This document shows positions 36,459 to 49,239 of a DNA stretch of 64,000 bases, in pieces. The stretch covers positions 26,908,001 to 26,972,000 of the forward strand of contig CM060733.1 of assembly GCA_030704615.1 (NCBI GenBank), in the 5' to 3' direction. Under the pieces are notes generated by a model. The model was not told the DNA's origin. It worked only from the letters and a program-made list of their open reading frames with translations, and ran no database searches. Position 1 is the stretch's first letter. Every line of letters begins with the position of its first letter. Made by a program: the position numbers and the translations under genes. The stretch is from Takakia lepidozioides. Lineage: Eukaryota > Plantae > Bryophyta.

Positions 36459-39400
36459 ATGGCGCCCCTGCTCTTGTTGGTGAACGCATCCAAGGTGGTG
36501 GGACTGATTGGAGCAATCTCTGTTGCATACAACGCGCTCCTCTTTCGCCATTTTGCCAAGAAGAACTTGGCTCCCATTGGGAACCCCATCGATGAGAGCC
36601 AGGAAGTTCTTGCCAGCTTCCCGATTGACAAGGATGGTAAGTGATATATTCGTTGAATGTGAGAATTGAGAGTTCTAGCTCGCCACTGCGCCTGTCTGAA
36701 ACAAAGACATGCTCAGTCGCTCTTGCTGCGTTTTAACTGAGGACTTCTGCTCACACTGGACTGTACTTGCAAGCATCCATCGTCAGAAGTTTGATTTGGG
36801 AATAATTCCCGTCGTGGTGTAAAATTCAGGAACGCATCCTTGGACAGGATGCAGAGAAGCCTATCATCAATCGAATAGGATGCATAGAATTTGACAATTT
36901 GGAGTACGGCAGTTGGTGAAAAGTACAGTTGAAACGTTGTCTGACTGATGGTTCTGTCTCAATTGCGACCGTAAGCTTATGTGGCTATGAATGTAGAGTG
37001 TCTTTGGACACGTTAAGTTCGGGCAAGTTGATCTTTTTGACTTTTGCTTGGAGGCAATTTTTGCTCAGACAAGACAGGTAAACTTGTTGCCAGAACTGAC
37101 TTGGTATAAACTTGAATTATAGGGGTCTATCCTCCACATGAGGTAAATGTGGCAGACCACAGTGAAATTTTTCCGATGGTTTATCTTTCGGTGGCAAATC
37201 GAACTTGAATCAACTGGATCTCTTTCACTTGCTGATCCCAGGGGTAATACTAAGTTGTCCTCTGTTTTGCAGTTGAGGAGGGAGGCTTTTTTTTCGCCCT
37301 TGCAACAGCACCAGCACATGTCGAAGACAAATTGGACGATGCATGGCTGGAATTTGCCAAGGAAACAATGCCCAAAGACAATCCTGCAGGGGATCCCCCA
37401 GATGTCCGCAGTGGTGAAGACCCTCAGGCAGTCGAGTCATTGGGAGTTTCCCTCACTGAAGAGCAGACTGCCACAGATCAAAAGGAAGGTAAGCGCAAGA
37501 TACTCTCTGCTTTTGGGTCATGATGGGAGGCTGTATGATTGTGACTTCATGAACTGGAAGCTTGACAGCTGCAGACTGGACTGGTAAATATCTTCCATAA
37601 CGATCACTGCGACGTGTGGGTTTTATTTTACCATTATTTTACAGGTGAAAATTCACAGGTGCATTGTCTTTCTTTGCTGTGAATTCTAGCGGCTCATCAA
37701 GAAAATTCCATAGTCCAATTTACTGGCAATTGGCGGTGACTAGGTGCACAGTCTCTGCATCTACCCTAGTAGACTGAAACCAAACCTCTCAATGTTTTTG
37801 TTATTGTATATCTGGCATTGTTGCAGCTTCAGAGCAGAAAGCAAAGCCAGTGGAGGAAGGCAGTATCGCTGGCTCTGGTCAAGAATCAGAGGTTGAGGAT
37901 GTAACTCCAGCCGAGGGAAAGGTTGAGGTAGCAGACTTGAGGGAGACAAGAGTTCCGCTGGCACCAACTGAGGGGAATCAAGCATCTGATAAGGAGATTA
38001 AGAATGGTGATGGTCTGTCAGAATGGGAAGTCCTTGGAGCAGGCATGGAAAAAGAGAAGGTAGATGAGGAGACAGAGACTGGGTTGAAAGGAAAGAAATT
38101 GGAAAGGGGCATAGAAGAAGTCGAAGCCTCTATCAAGGGAGGGGAGAAAGGTTTCACAGAGGAGGAGAAGCTTTCCCAGATCAGTCATGACATGGATCCT
38201 GAAGGAGCCTCTGATGGAGCGGTGTCACACCCCAAGAAAATTGGTTATGAAAGGACAAAACTTGAACATCCAGCATTGGACTTTCCCGGTACGGCCAAGA
38301 AGGTTGCAAAAGTGTCCATGGAGGCCATGATCCGTGGGATTCAGAAGTTTACTGAGGAGGAAGAGAAGCACAACGTTGCCGCATGGCACAATGCAATCCA
38401 TCCGTAAGTAGCTTCAGTCTCCATTCTGCTTAGTCGACATTTCTGGAGTATATAATTCAGTTTGTGGGTGGTTCTCATGTTTGATATTGTCACTGTTATC
38501 TCTGCAGAAATGCAATATGTAAACACCAAAAGTGTACATTGACAAGGCTTGAGTATGTTTGCACTTATGCTCATGGTTTGACTAGATAGCATTGACAACT
38601 GTCTAGATTGGAAAGCAATCCTCTACATGCAAGGCAAATCTGGCAAGGCATGCTGTTGGGTGGGGTAGAGAGGTTTTTACATATCAATGTTCCATGGCTT
38701 CGATAATTTTGGGTTGTGAAAGAGAGAAAAATTGCCTTGTTGATGATCCCGTGTCCTATTCAATGGACATTGCAGGGAGGAGAGGGTGCGATTCTGGTCA
38801 GATCCAGACACGGAGTTGAGGCTGGCTCAAGGGACACATTCCACTGTGTTCCGTATGGGGGTGGATTGGAGCAGAATTATGCCCATAGAGCCCCTTGAAG
38901 GTCTTGAACATTCTGTGAGTAATGCCTAAAGGCGAATACACGTTTCCTTTTTCCTTTAAGGTTCTCAAAATTTGCTGTGAGATGTATGGCAAAGAGTTCT
39001 GGGTCATGACAAGCTGTTCTTAGTTTTGCTTTGGAAAGGCCTTTAGGATACTCATGCAGTGATGCTCTTGCAAAAAATATACGTATCTCAGGAGTTGCAT
39101 GTGCTGGAACAATAATATGCACATTAGAAACAAAAATGTTTTGTGGTGGAAATACTGAAAAACATTTCTTACATTCTGCTCTAGATGTATGTTAAAAGTT
39201 CTTATAAAAATACCAGCAGTTAAAGCTTTGTGCTTCTTTTACTTGCGACCACATGGGATTGAGTCGGTTGGTGCACCTTGTGGTTCAAATATGTTTCACT
39301 GTTTCTTGAACTGCTGTTATTGTTCACTGATCACATCAAATTTAGCTGAAATCATGTAGTTCCAAGGGCAAGTCATCTTACCTTGACTAATTTCTTACTT

Positions 39401-42400
39401 CTCTTGTTTGACAGGTGAACTGGGCAGCAGTGAAGCGGTATAGGTATATCATAGAGAGAGTACTTGCACATGGCATGCGTGTTATGCTGACTCTCTTCCA
39501 CCACTCTCTCCCTGCCTGGGCTGCAGCCTATGGGGGCTGGAAGGATGAAAAAACAATCAAGTACTTTCTAGATTTGACCAGGTTGGTTCCGTTCCACATC
39601 TTAAATTGCGAGAAATTGTGAGCACTTTCTGGATTTAGTGCTCTTCTGCTGGTTATGTATCTCTCAGAAGCAAACTACTCCAAAGACAGAGACATTAGAC
39701 AGCTAACTTAGCCTTGGTTGTTTTGTCAGCAGTGATATTTCTGCTAGCAGTTTTTTATTTTCTTTGCTGACATGTTTCTGCATCCAATGGTCTTCTTTTC
39801 ACGAAATAACTAGGAGAAAAGTCACCTGTGTTAATGGGAGTCAAGTCTATGATTATTGCATGATAAATCGACATAGTAACCTTTAATGTGAAACTTCTCT
39901 CAGTTTGAAAGTATACCAGCTACTACCTCTTTAGATACATGCATGGACAGGTTGGCAGTCGAGCATTATGGAGATCTTGTGGACTACTGGATCACATTCA
40001 ACGAACCACACGTGTTTGCTATGCTGACATACTGTGCTGGAGCTTGGCCTGGCGGCGATCCCAATTTGCTGGAGACTGTAACAGCAGCTATGCCCCAGGG
40101 TGTCTACAAAGTTGTCATGCAGGCAATGGCCGATGCTCACCTTGGGGCTTATGACATAATTCATGAGCTGAGGTCACTTTCTCTCTCCCTACTGTCTGAG
40201 AAGTAAACAGTTGTCAAGGCAATTTAGCTCGAGCACAAAGCCGACCACTTGTACTAGATGTATTTTGTGTTCTTGACCTGTGAAGGAGATTGTTGAGCTT
40301 GCTTGCCTTCCAGTGGCCTCATCAATGGTGTAGATGGAAATTTGACATCTCACAATCTCTCAATGCGTCAAAGAGTGGCTGTTGAGGCCGGGTCTGCACA
40401 TTGTCGCTGTGTGAGCCACTTTTTTGGGGTATGATCTACATCCTATGATCAATATTGTTTGGGGTTTTTTTGTTCTTTTCCCTGATTGAATGAACATAGT
40501 GGTTGCTTTGGTGTATGGGTATGAGCAGCAAGGGTTCAAGGAAGGCCAAGGTGGGCGTGTCACATCATGTATCCTTCATGAGACCATATGGCTTATTCGA
40601 TGTGCCACTGGTCATGTTCAGCAACCGGATGACCCACTTTGCACTTGTGGATGATGTGGCCCACAAACTTGACTTCCTTGGAATCAACTACTATGGCCAG
40701 GTGTGTTTTTGAGGTTCCAGCCATACATGGCATATTTACAATGTGGAAAGCCATGTCTGACCTTCGTGCATGATGTTGTTTTGGCTATAGCAGCAGAAAT
40801 GAAGAGATCGTATGCCGAGAGTACCTGTTGTGTGCTGACATTGTGCACACCAATTATGCGATGTGTGTTTCAGTTGTTTGCTTAAGACAGACTAAATGGT
40901 TCTTCAGTTCATGTTCTTCATGTCCTGTGTTAGTAAGGCTCTTTTGGTCTGGTTTACCTGACAATGGTCTAATGGATGTGTTGTGTTATTCAAATGTGCC
41001 TTCGATTGCATGCCCCATGTTGTACAAACAATGGAGTGTAGGGATGTAAACTGACAATGGAAACAAAATATGTTCAACATAGGTGCTGATGTCTGCTGTG
41101 TCCTTCACAGGAGGTAGTGTCAGCACCAGGTTTGAAGAATGTTGAGAACGATGAATACAGTGAGTCAGGGCGTGGTGTCTACCCAGATGGACTTTATCGC
41201 GTGCTTCTTGAGTTCCATGATCGTTACAAGCGCTTCAATCTTCCCTACATTATTACAGAAAATGGTGTGTCCGATGCCACTGACTACATCCGCCGCCCTT
41301 ACATTGTAGAACATCTACTTGCCATTCGAGCTGCAATGGACAAGGTGAACACCTTAACAGAGCCTGTTTCCTATCAAATCATAGAATGGGTGTGAGATTG
41401 TGCTTGGTTAATGAGAACAGGTTGGACCAGGCATCTTTGCACACCTTGAAGTGCATGTATTCAACGTTGTAGAATCTTTTTCTATTGCCATCCTGTTGAG
41501 ACCATGTCTTCCATGTGATTCTCAAATCATACTGTACATTTATCTTCCTTTGGAAAGGTCCGTAGCCTTCTTGAAACTTTTAGTCGTCTGTGATCCACTA
41601 AAATGTTGAGAGACATGGGAACACCTCACCTATGCAGGGCGTACAAGTGCAAGGGTACTGCTTCTGGACGGTCTCAGACAACTGGGAGTGGGCAGACGGT
41701 TATGGCCCCAAGTTTGGTCTAGTAGCTGTGGACAGGCACAAAAACCTTGAGCGTCATCCTCGTCCTTCATATTACCTTTTTGCCGAGGTGATCCCCCTTT
41801 CCACTGTTGTCTAAGCGCTGTGAGCAGAATTAGGTTTTGGGTGCAGAATCAATTCTTTTTGTGAAAGAGTCAAGTAGAGAGACAGGGAGACAGTTGAGCT
41901 CATGGAAGTGAAAGTGTAATCTTGCACATGACAAAACTGGGATATGTTGTGCTATGTTATCGTCAACCGCGCATCATGAACATCTCAACAACTTGGGTAG
42001 TTTACTATCAGTACCTGAAATGTCTTCGTCCTGTGGTACATCATCGCCGTGAACATAGGGTCCTCTATGTCATCATCCTGTGAAATCAAAGAACGTTTCA
42101 ACAGCCATTTATTGACAGTTATCTGCCATTTAAGGAAATGATTGTCCAGGGTGTGCTTGAAGACTAAAGCGAGGATGTTTAGGTCACTTATGCACCATCA
42201 TTAAGTCAACCTCTGTCATATCGAATCACTAACAGTATTACTAACGGCTTCATTTTCATTGGTATACTATGGAGGTCGTGATATCTTGATAGATGATGAG
42301 CAGCAATTCATCAATTTGTGACAATCTCTTGTGCTGGTATGCTTCCATCCAGCATCTATGGCTTGGTTTTTATTACCTGACGTCATTTGGGTTGTTGGGG

Positions 42401-43188
42401 ATTGGAGTAATAAATAGCTGGCAAAAACAGGGAAGGTGATGAAGCAGCAGAGGCAATCTGTGTGGGAGGATCTGCAGACCATGGCCCTGCAGGGGAGGAC
42501 ACGACCCTTTTGTCGTGCCATCAACAATCATGGCCTAATGTTTGCAGGTATATCATTAGTTCCTCCCCATCAGTTACCTGATAAGAAGATGGATTCAGGA
42601 TCTCAGCAAGGCCACTGAATGTGGCTGTCAAAGCTAGGTTACAGTGTAGTCGTTCATCTCTGTGGGTGTTTGCAAGCTGTCTGAACTCCTTTTGTGCAGG
42701 ACTTTGAAACTACTGAAACAGAAGCTTGGCAGCAGCTGAAATGGTGGTAATGTGCTTTCCATGGTTTTGCCTCTGCTGGGTGGTTTGGACTAGTATGGTC
42801 CAGGACTATCATCTACTCAAAAGTACTCTCTGGCTCTAATGTCCATTAAAGGTAGGCTTTGATTTGGAAATGTTATGATTGTCACTTATTTTCACCTTTT
42901 CTTCTTTCAGGAGGTTTGGATGTGCCAATCAATAGGCCATTTGCGGTGAGGGATTGGAGGTTTGGGCATTATGAGGTTGCAGGTCTGCAAGACCCTCTCA
43001 GCTCGTTTGTGAGGTATCTGCGAGAGGGTGCTATGTTCAATCGTAAGCGCAGACAACAGAAGAAAATAGCAAATTCAGGCACTGAGCCTGTGCCCAGATC
43101 TCCGGGGCAAACACTACTACCCACTGGTCAGCCTCAAGCTGAAGAAGAGCGCTTGGAAAGGGCAGTGTATGCGGACGCACACAGCTGA
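36459..43188 (+). CDS. SFR2: SENSITIVE TO FREEZING 2, GH1-family galactolipid:galactolipid galactosyltransferase, 11 exons
   Basis: N-terminal membrane anchor, FFFALATAPAHVED, VAAWHN..RVRFWSDPDTE, FRMGVDWSRIMP, catalytic motifs TFNEP and ITENG, DNWEWADGYGPKFGL and RDWRFGHYE. All splice phases are compatible. Confidence 0.95.
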
Positions 43189-43606
43189 TTTGAAGGTATA
43201 ACCGGTCATCTCTGTACAAAGGCGTCTTTTTTTTCCCCAATATTGAAATCAGAGACCAGTGCATCAATGTACATAGAGAGTGATTTACGAACCAGTTTGC
43301 CATATCCTACATGACTTGCCTCGAAGTTTTTTCAGTTCAGTTATGTGTGCCACTGGAAGGTCCAGGTACATCTCTTTGTTGAGTTTTGGAGCTCATACAT
43401 CCAGTTTGTTAGAACAGTGACACCTGATTAGACCCTACAAATAGAAGGAAGGAAGATGCGGTTCTTTAAAGATGCAATGGCTCAGAGTTTCCATGTTGAC
43501 AGTATGGGGCTGGATGGTGTAAGCACTGGGGTAGTTGGTGCAAGCTTGGATGATGGTGTAGAAAAACTTCAAGTTTGACGATGTGTAGAGAAGTCTTTTA
43601 AAGAGT

Positions 43607-44272
43607 TCATAAACAGTGAGAGTATCTAAGACTGTTAGCGATTGGAAGAAAGGTCATGTAACTCACATGCAAAGCGTGTGATGCACTACCTATTCCTGTT
43701 TTGAGATTGAATACAATTCTCGTGTTGGTGGTCACTTGGAAGATATTTTGGGGTATGGCGATGTGCAGTGTTTCTCTAATCCATGCAGTAGACAAGGGAT
43801 CATGCCCATTAGCATTGACTTGCAGATCTTCATGTCTAGTAGTTCTTGTGTCCAAACAGAATTGCAGAACAAACTCAGTGCTTCCTTTTAGTATCATATC
43901 TTCCCATTTATTGACTCTCCTGTATGCTGACAAGTTCATACAGCATCCCTTGTTTCCCACAAGGAAGTCTACAAGCATTGCTGCAGACAAGAAACCCCGC
44001 ATCTGGTACAAATCAGTGCGAGTTCTGCAGTAGCATGTGAAGGGCGCTGCAAAGCGGCCAAGTTGCTGCCAACAAAGCCCTCCCTCCTTCCTTACCTTAG
44101 GCAGGTTCTCCATTGTAATTTGGTATCGCTTGACTTGAGGAATGGTAGATCTGAGGTAATGTTGGATTGTTGAGTGCCTACGCCGCACAGACCTACGGGC
44201 TAGGTAGATGGTGGCCAGTGAAACGGCCTTGACAATTTTATCTTGACCACTCAATGCGTGGACATGCATCAC
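43607..44272 (-). other. Unassigned 221-codon ORF, possibly part of a degenerate multi-exon gene extending to about 45530
   Basis: Long stop-free frame with further minus-strand coding-like pieces upstream (44688-45115). No motif recognised. Confidence 0.3.
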
Positions 44273-44414
44273 TCTAAATATCGACCGTTCTTCTAGCCAG
44301 TCGCTTTATTGAATTAGACTTGTCTCTTGCGTTTAATATATGTAGTTGGACACATGCTCGAGCATACAAGCTTGTGTGTAGTTGGAAGTTGTCATGGCAG
44401 ATCAGTAAAAAGGC

Positions 44415-44617
44415 TCTCACTGTGACAGGCTTTCTAGTTTGCTCGAGTTGTGAGTGTACCAGCCTTGTAGTTGTCTCAACAGTAAATTGCTTGAGTCATG
44501 GAACCTCGCTCTCACTGTGACAGGCTCTCTGTGACAGGCTCTCTACTTAGCTTGAGTTGCGAGTGTACCAACCTTGTAGTTGTCTCAACAGTAAATTGCT
44601 TGAGTCATGGAACCTCC
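44415..44617. repeat. Tandem duplication of about 90-110 bp
   Basis: ctgtgacaggct..gagttg.gagtgtacca.ccttgtagttgtctcaacagtaaattgcttgagtcatggaacctc occurs twice. Confidence 0.9.
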
Positions 44618-46338
44618 TTACTGGTTGAAAAAAATGGTGGTCTGTGGAACTGGTCTGTGGAACTGTGCCATATGGCATGGCAATCATCTATTCAAGATTG
44701 GGTGGGCCAGGCATTGCATCCTCAAGACGACAAAGGAAGAGTGATATTTTAAATCCCCTGTTGAGGAGTTTTGCCAAAACTTTGGGAAGCTTCTTCGTGC
44801 AATTGCACAACAACTCCTCGTGAGCGATACGGAATTTTCTGAACAGTTTCACTTTTACTTCATGCGATCTCCTTTTCACGTGGGCTTGTACGTGTTCCTG
44901 GGGAGGCATTTTCATGTAACCTGACCTCAACCTAGTGCACTGAAATCGATGCCTTCACCCGCGTTTTCACTTCCGTCATTTGGTGATTCTTCCTGTAAAG
45001 CATCCAATCGGCGCTGCCAAAGTAACGTGTGCATCATACGAGAGATCTGTAATAACGAAAGCAAGAAGCAGCATACTTGAGAACCATTCAAGTCTGTGTT
45101 CCCATATCTTAACACCTTGCATTCTGCTCATTCATGAAGAAAAATTGGCTTGGAAAATTCAAAATCTGCCGAGAGCCAATAAAGATTCAAAGGCGGAACA
45201 CAGGTGGAAGGTGCTCGATTCCCCCATGTCAGCTGATGACATCTTCGGATAGGAAAAGTGTGTCCTCCAGCTAGGCATACCGTGACTAGTAGGTCCCTCT
45301 AACAAGATAATGTGTACAAACATAAGAAAAATTGTGTTCATCAATATACCATGCCGGCTTGTTCATGGAAGAATTACCTAATAGCGATCAGAGGATCCCA
45401 AGTGTGGCTAGCTGAAGAAAATATCCCCACCTGCTTCACCGTGCAACTTACGGGATGACCAGCAGTATATTGAGAAGTGCAAAAGCAGCAGATTCGGGAG
45501 CTTTCAAGAGCATCGGACAGCGACATGGTGGAAGAGGAGATCAAATCTTCTCAAGTTGGAATAGTGCGGCACACCCTGCAGATTTCTGCAAGATGGGGAA
45601 AGCCATTCAAGCCCCCTTCAAACCGAGTCAGGAAGGAAGGAGACGATGGCCAGCAGAAATGCTTTTGTTTATAATTTGTTTTTCTGAAAAAGCCCGAATA
45701 ATTTATCCAAAAATAGGCCTGTACGCCATTATTGAGGCAGGTTACTTGGAACGTGCGATGTGCCGGGTTGCCCGGGAACCGGCTATTGCCTTCCCGCTCC
45801 TGACCGGGAACCGGCCTGAAACCGGCCGGCGAATGCATGCTGTCGGTGAGTACACGCCACTGTTCTGCACACCGGTGACCGGGCTGCAACCCCGGCCACG
45901 GGCCGGCCGGGTCCCGGAGCCAGGGCCCGCGGTTTCAGGGGTTGGGTGGAAGGTTTGCCTGTTGGATTGACCCGCGGGTCTGTGGGGTTTCGGCGGGGTC
46001 ACCCTGTGGTAAGAAGGGGATCCGCTGGTTTAGGGTGTCTAGTGTCTACGTTCTGTTGGTGTCTCTCTTGATTCCATAGACTGATTCTTCCGTTTCAGAC
46101 TAGATCTTGTGTGTGTTGCTTTCATGTTCCGTTTCTCTGCAGGTGGGACCGTGTCAAGCTCCTGGTTTGCTTCAAAGTCTCTCTGTTTCGGTTCTAAATG
46201 TGGTCCTGTCTCTGAACGGTTGGTTAAACTGTTTCTTTGGAGTACACGATAAGGCGTAGCAATTGTAATTTGGAGGATTGGACTTGAGGACTGCGATTTA
46301 GAATCATGCGGTGGTAGTAAGTGCTGCTGTGTGTGACA

Positions 46339-49239
46339 ATGGAGCTAGCGACTGGAGCCATTTCTTTGCGGAGTCCTGAGAATGAGAGCGTCGCTTGCTG
46401 GAGACCGGCAGAGACAGGAGCTGCTCAGGGTCCTCGTTTGTCTTCAACGTTTTTAGCATGCTCTGGATATAGTGCCTCTGTCTCTGGAAACAGGATTGTT
46501 TATAAGAGGAAGTACTCTGCAGTAGGTTCTATCTGTGAAAGAAAAGCGTTTTTTCGGAATAGAAGGGATTGGTTTGGGAAGTTTGGCATGGAAGTATGTA
46601 CAGGCTATCGGGAAGAGATGTCAATAGAGCGCTCCCGATGGAGAGGTTGTGTCACGGCTCGCGCGTCCTCCCGGGAGGCTGATGTTACCGACACCAGCAT
46701 GCAAGATGCTCCATCCTTCTCTCAAACGATTAGATATTCTGTGCGGAAGTATGTGATCGACCTTCTTCTTGATAATTTTGAATTTAGTGTTGTAGGGGCT
46801 ACTTTACCGGACGTGCTCATAGTCTTTTGCTCAAATTAACTGAAGGGGAAAGTTTAAAATTGAAATTCTTAGGCACTGGCTATATGGTCCCAGTGCTACT
46901 GACTGCACACGGCCTAGGCGAATGCTTAAAATCCACAACGGATTAAAATATCGAAATCTTGAGGTTTGAGGGCTTGTGTGAACGACAGCATAAGAAGAGC
47001 TTTCAAGGGAAAATATTAGTCTTTACACCCAGCTTCGCCATTGTGTAAGCATATCAGACTGACGAGGTGAAAATCATATGAAGCTTTACAAGCGTTTTGT
47101 GATGATGAAGAGAAAGCTGTAGATTGGGACTTCTTGTTTTGTGAAGCTTGTACTGCTTTACCACAACAGTCTCTTTCTCCCTGTGGCAAGTAAAGCCTCC
47201 TGTTTCCACGATATCTCTGAATTGCACACTCACTGATACCTACACATGGCTCATAACGGCCATGATTGAACCTGGATTTCCCAGGGGGGACACGCTGACC
47301 GCGATAGCGAAGCGGTATAAAACAACGGTGGTCAACATAGCAATAGTCAATGACATCGATGATGTAGATTGGTTACAAGCCGGCCAAGTATTGGTACTTC
47401 CAGTTCAACAAGAAGGCTTCAAAAGGGTCAGTGGTTTACTCTGACCTCTGGTAGTGCATGTGGCTGCTGCCAGCAACTGGTTCGAATCATTTTTCTTGGA
47501 GCTTTGAGCGTTTTGTGCAGGGTAGGACTGTTGGCAATTTGCAGGCAGTCTTCGTTTCGGCAAAGGAAATGTCTGCTGTTTCTGGTCAGTTCAAATACAG
47601 TTGTAATTGCCAGGAACATGTCTTGTGATGTTCTGAGTTGAGATAAGACCACTGTGCAGGTAATTTCTCCAATAACAGACTCTGTCAAGCTTGCTGCTCT
47701 AGAAAGTGTTTCCCAGCAGCAAGTAGCTCATGGAACCGCAGCATCTCACTACACTGCTAATGTGGCAGCAGAAGTGCCGGCTTATAGGGCATTCCCAATT
47801 CTTGGCCTTGTAAGTTTGCCTGCTCTTGGTGTCATTCAGGGATTTAAAGGTCAGCTGTGCTGTTTGCAAATTTTTTGAGTTTAATTGACATTACTGCATT
47901 GCAAGTTGTTTGGCCTAGACTTGAAGTATGATGAGGAGAGAATTGACATCATGCACAGCCTGCTGCTGAATGTCTTTATGCTTTCCATGCATGGGGACCA
48001 GCTGGGCATCGTGGAGGTCTTGAAGGAGATTTAGGATTTGTGTTCCACAAATTGGCCTCAGGCAGTTTTGTTCAACTTGGGAGATACATCTTCAGGGTGC
48101 TGCCTGGATTTGGATGTGGTTGCAAGATTGTGGCCAACACTCTGCAAGCATATCTCAATGATACCGATGATTTTGTCCCATGGCACATCTCTGATTTTAT
48201 GGATGGCCTTTTGTGTTGTAGGCAAAGGCAACAGTGCCCTTGTTGTTGATAGCCCCAATATTGGGCTTCTGCATACGGTGTTTTGTCGACTTTATCCATG
48301 TCCGTGTTAGTGAGGAGGTAAGCCGAAAGCATGCTGAGATGGAGATGTATCATGCACGGCATCTCCCCAAGGTGAAGCGCTGGCAGGGAATTTTGGATGA
48401 AGATCGAGATGATAGCCTTGATATGGTTGGAGCAGCTGCTGGATCCAGTGTAGTAAGTTACTCACACTCTCCAGCACTTGATTGCATACCTTTGTGGGTG
48501 ATAATCTTCAACCTGCAACGGCGGAGCTGGCCCCAATGGCCACAAGTGATTGGGAAGCCACCATTAGAGAATCTATCAATACACCGCTCTATCTATTTCT
48601 GTGTCTCTCTTCCCTGAAACAGTCAGCTTTAGCTATTCGAAGTATCTGATCAGATTGAAGCAGTATGCCTCTTTGAGGATGGTTGATAACAGGTATCTGT
48701 AATGCGCCAAAGGAGGCCCAATTTTGGGTTACATGTCTGTCTCTATTTGTTGCCTTTTTGTTTAGTTGACTGTTGTCATTTACAACCTGCACAGGGAGAT
48801 CCTTGGACAAGATGTGGTCAATTGAGCCAGAGTGCACACAGCAGTTTAAGGGATGGCACTGAGGTCAGTTCAAAACCTTTTACATATGTTTGTCACCATT
48901 TTTGCAGTTCTGTTCATAACCTGGCTACGCTTCTTCTATAATAGATGCCTGAACCTGTAGATTCATATATTCTCCCTCGGAAGTATTAACAGACACTTTC
49001 TGGCAGAGATTGTAATTCAGTGTCATATTGGTGGATGTCCACTATCGTTCTGGTTACAGGAACCGCCAGAAAATGAGACAGAGGAAGAGCGGACATTGAG
49101 GCAAAAACAGGACTATGAGGAAATTAGCAAGTCATATGCAGAGCTTGAACCTTCCTACATGAAGTTCTTGGCAGACAGTGGCCTATCCAAGGCTGGGTAC
49201 TGGCGTGGGGGGGTCCCCTCAACTCCTGGGGGGGATTTG
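46339..49239 (+). CDS. LysM-domain protein with a transmembrane segment and a putative plastid transit peptide
   Basis: Exons 46339-46748, 47285-47426, 47660-47809, 48222-~48453, possibly 48796-~48863, and 49060-49239. The LysM YSVRKGDTLTAIAKRYKTTVVNIAIVNDIDDVDWLQAGQVLVLP is split by a phase-2 intron. Hydrophobic VPLLLIAPILGFCIRC; C-terminal YMKFLADSGLSKAGYWRGG. Confidence 0.85.

Noticed and set aside
45455-46002. Overlapping ORFs of 171, 112 and 86 aa
   Set aside because: They arise from GC-rich, stop-poor sequence and contain no protein motifs.
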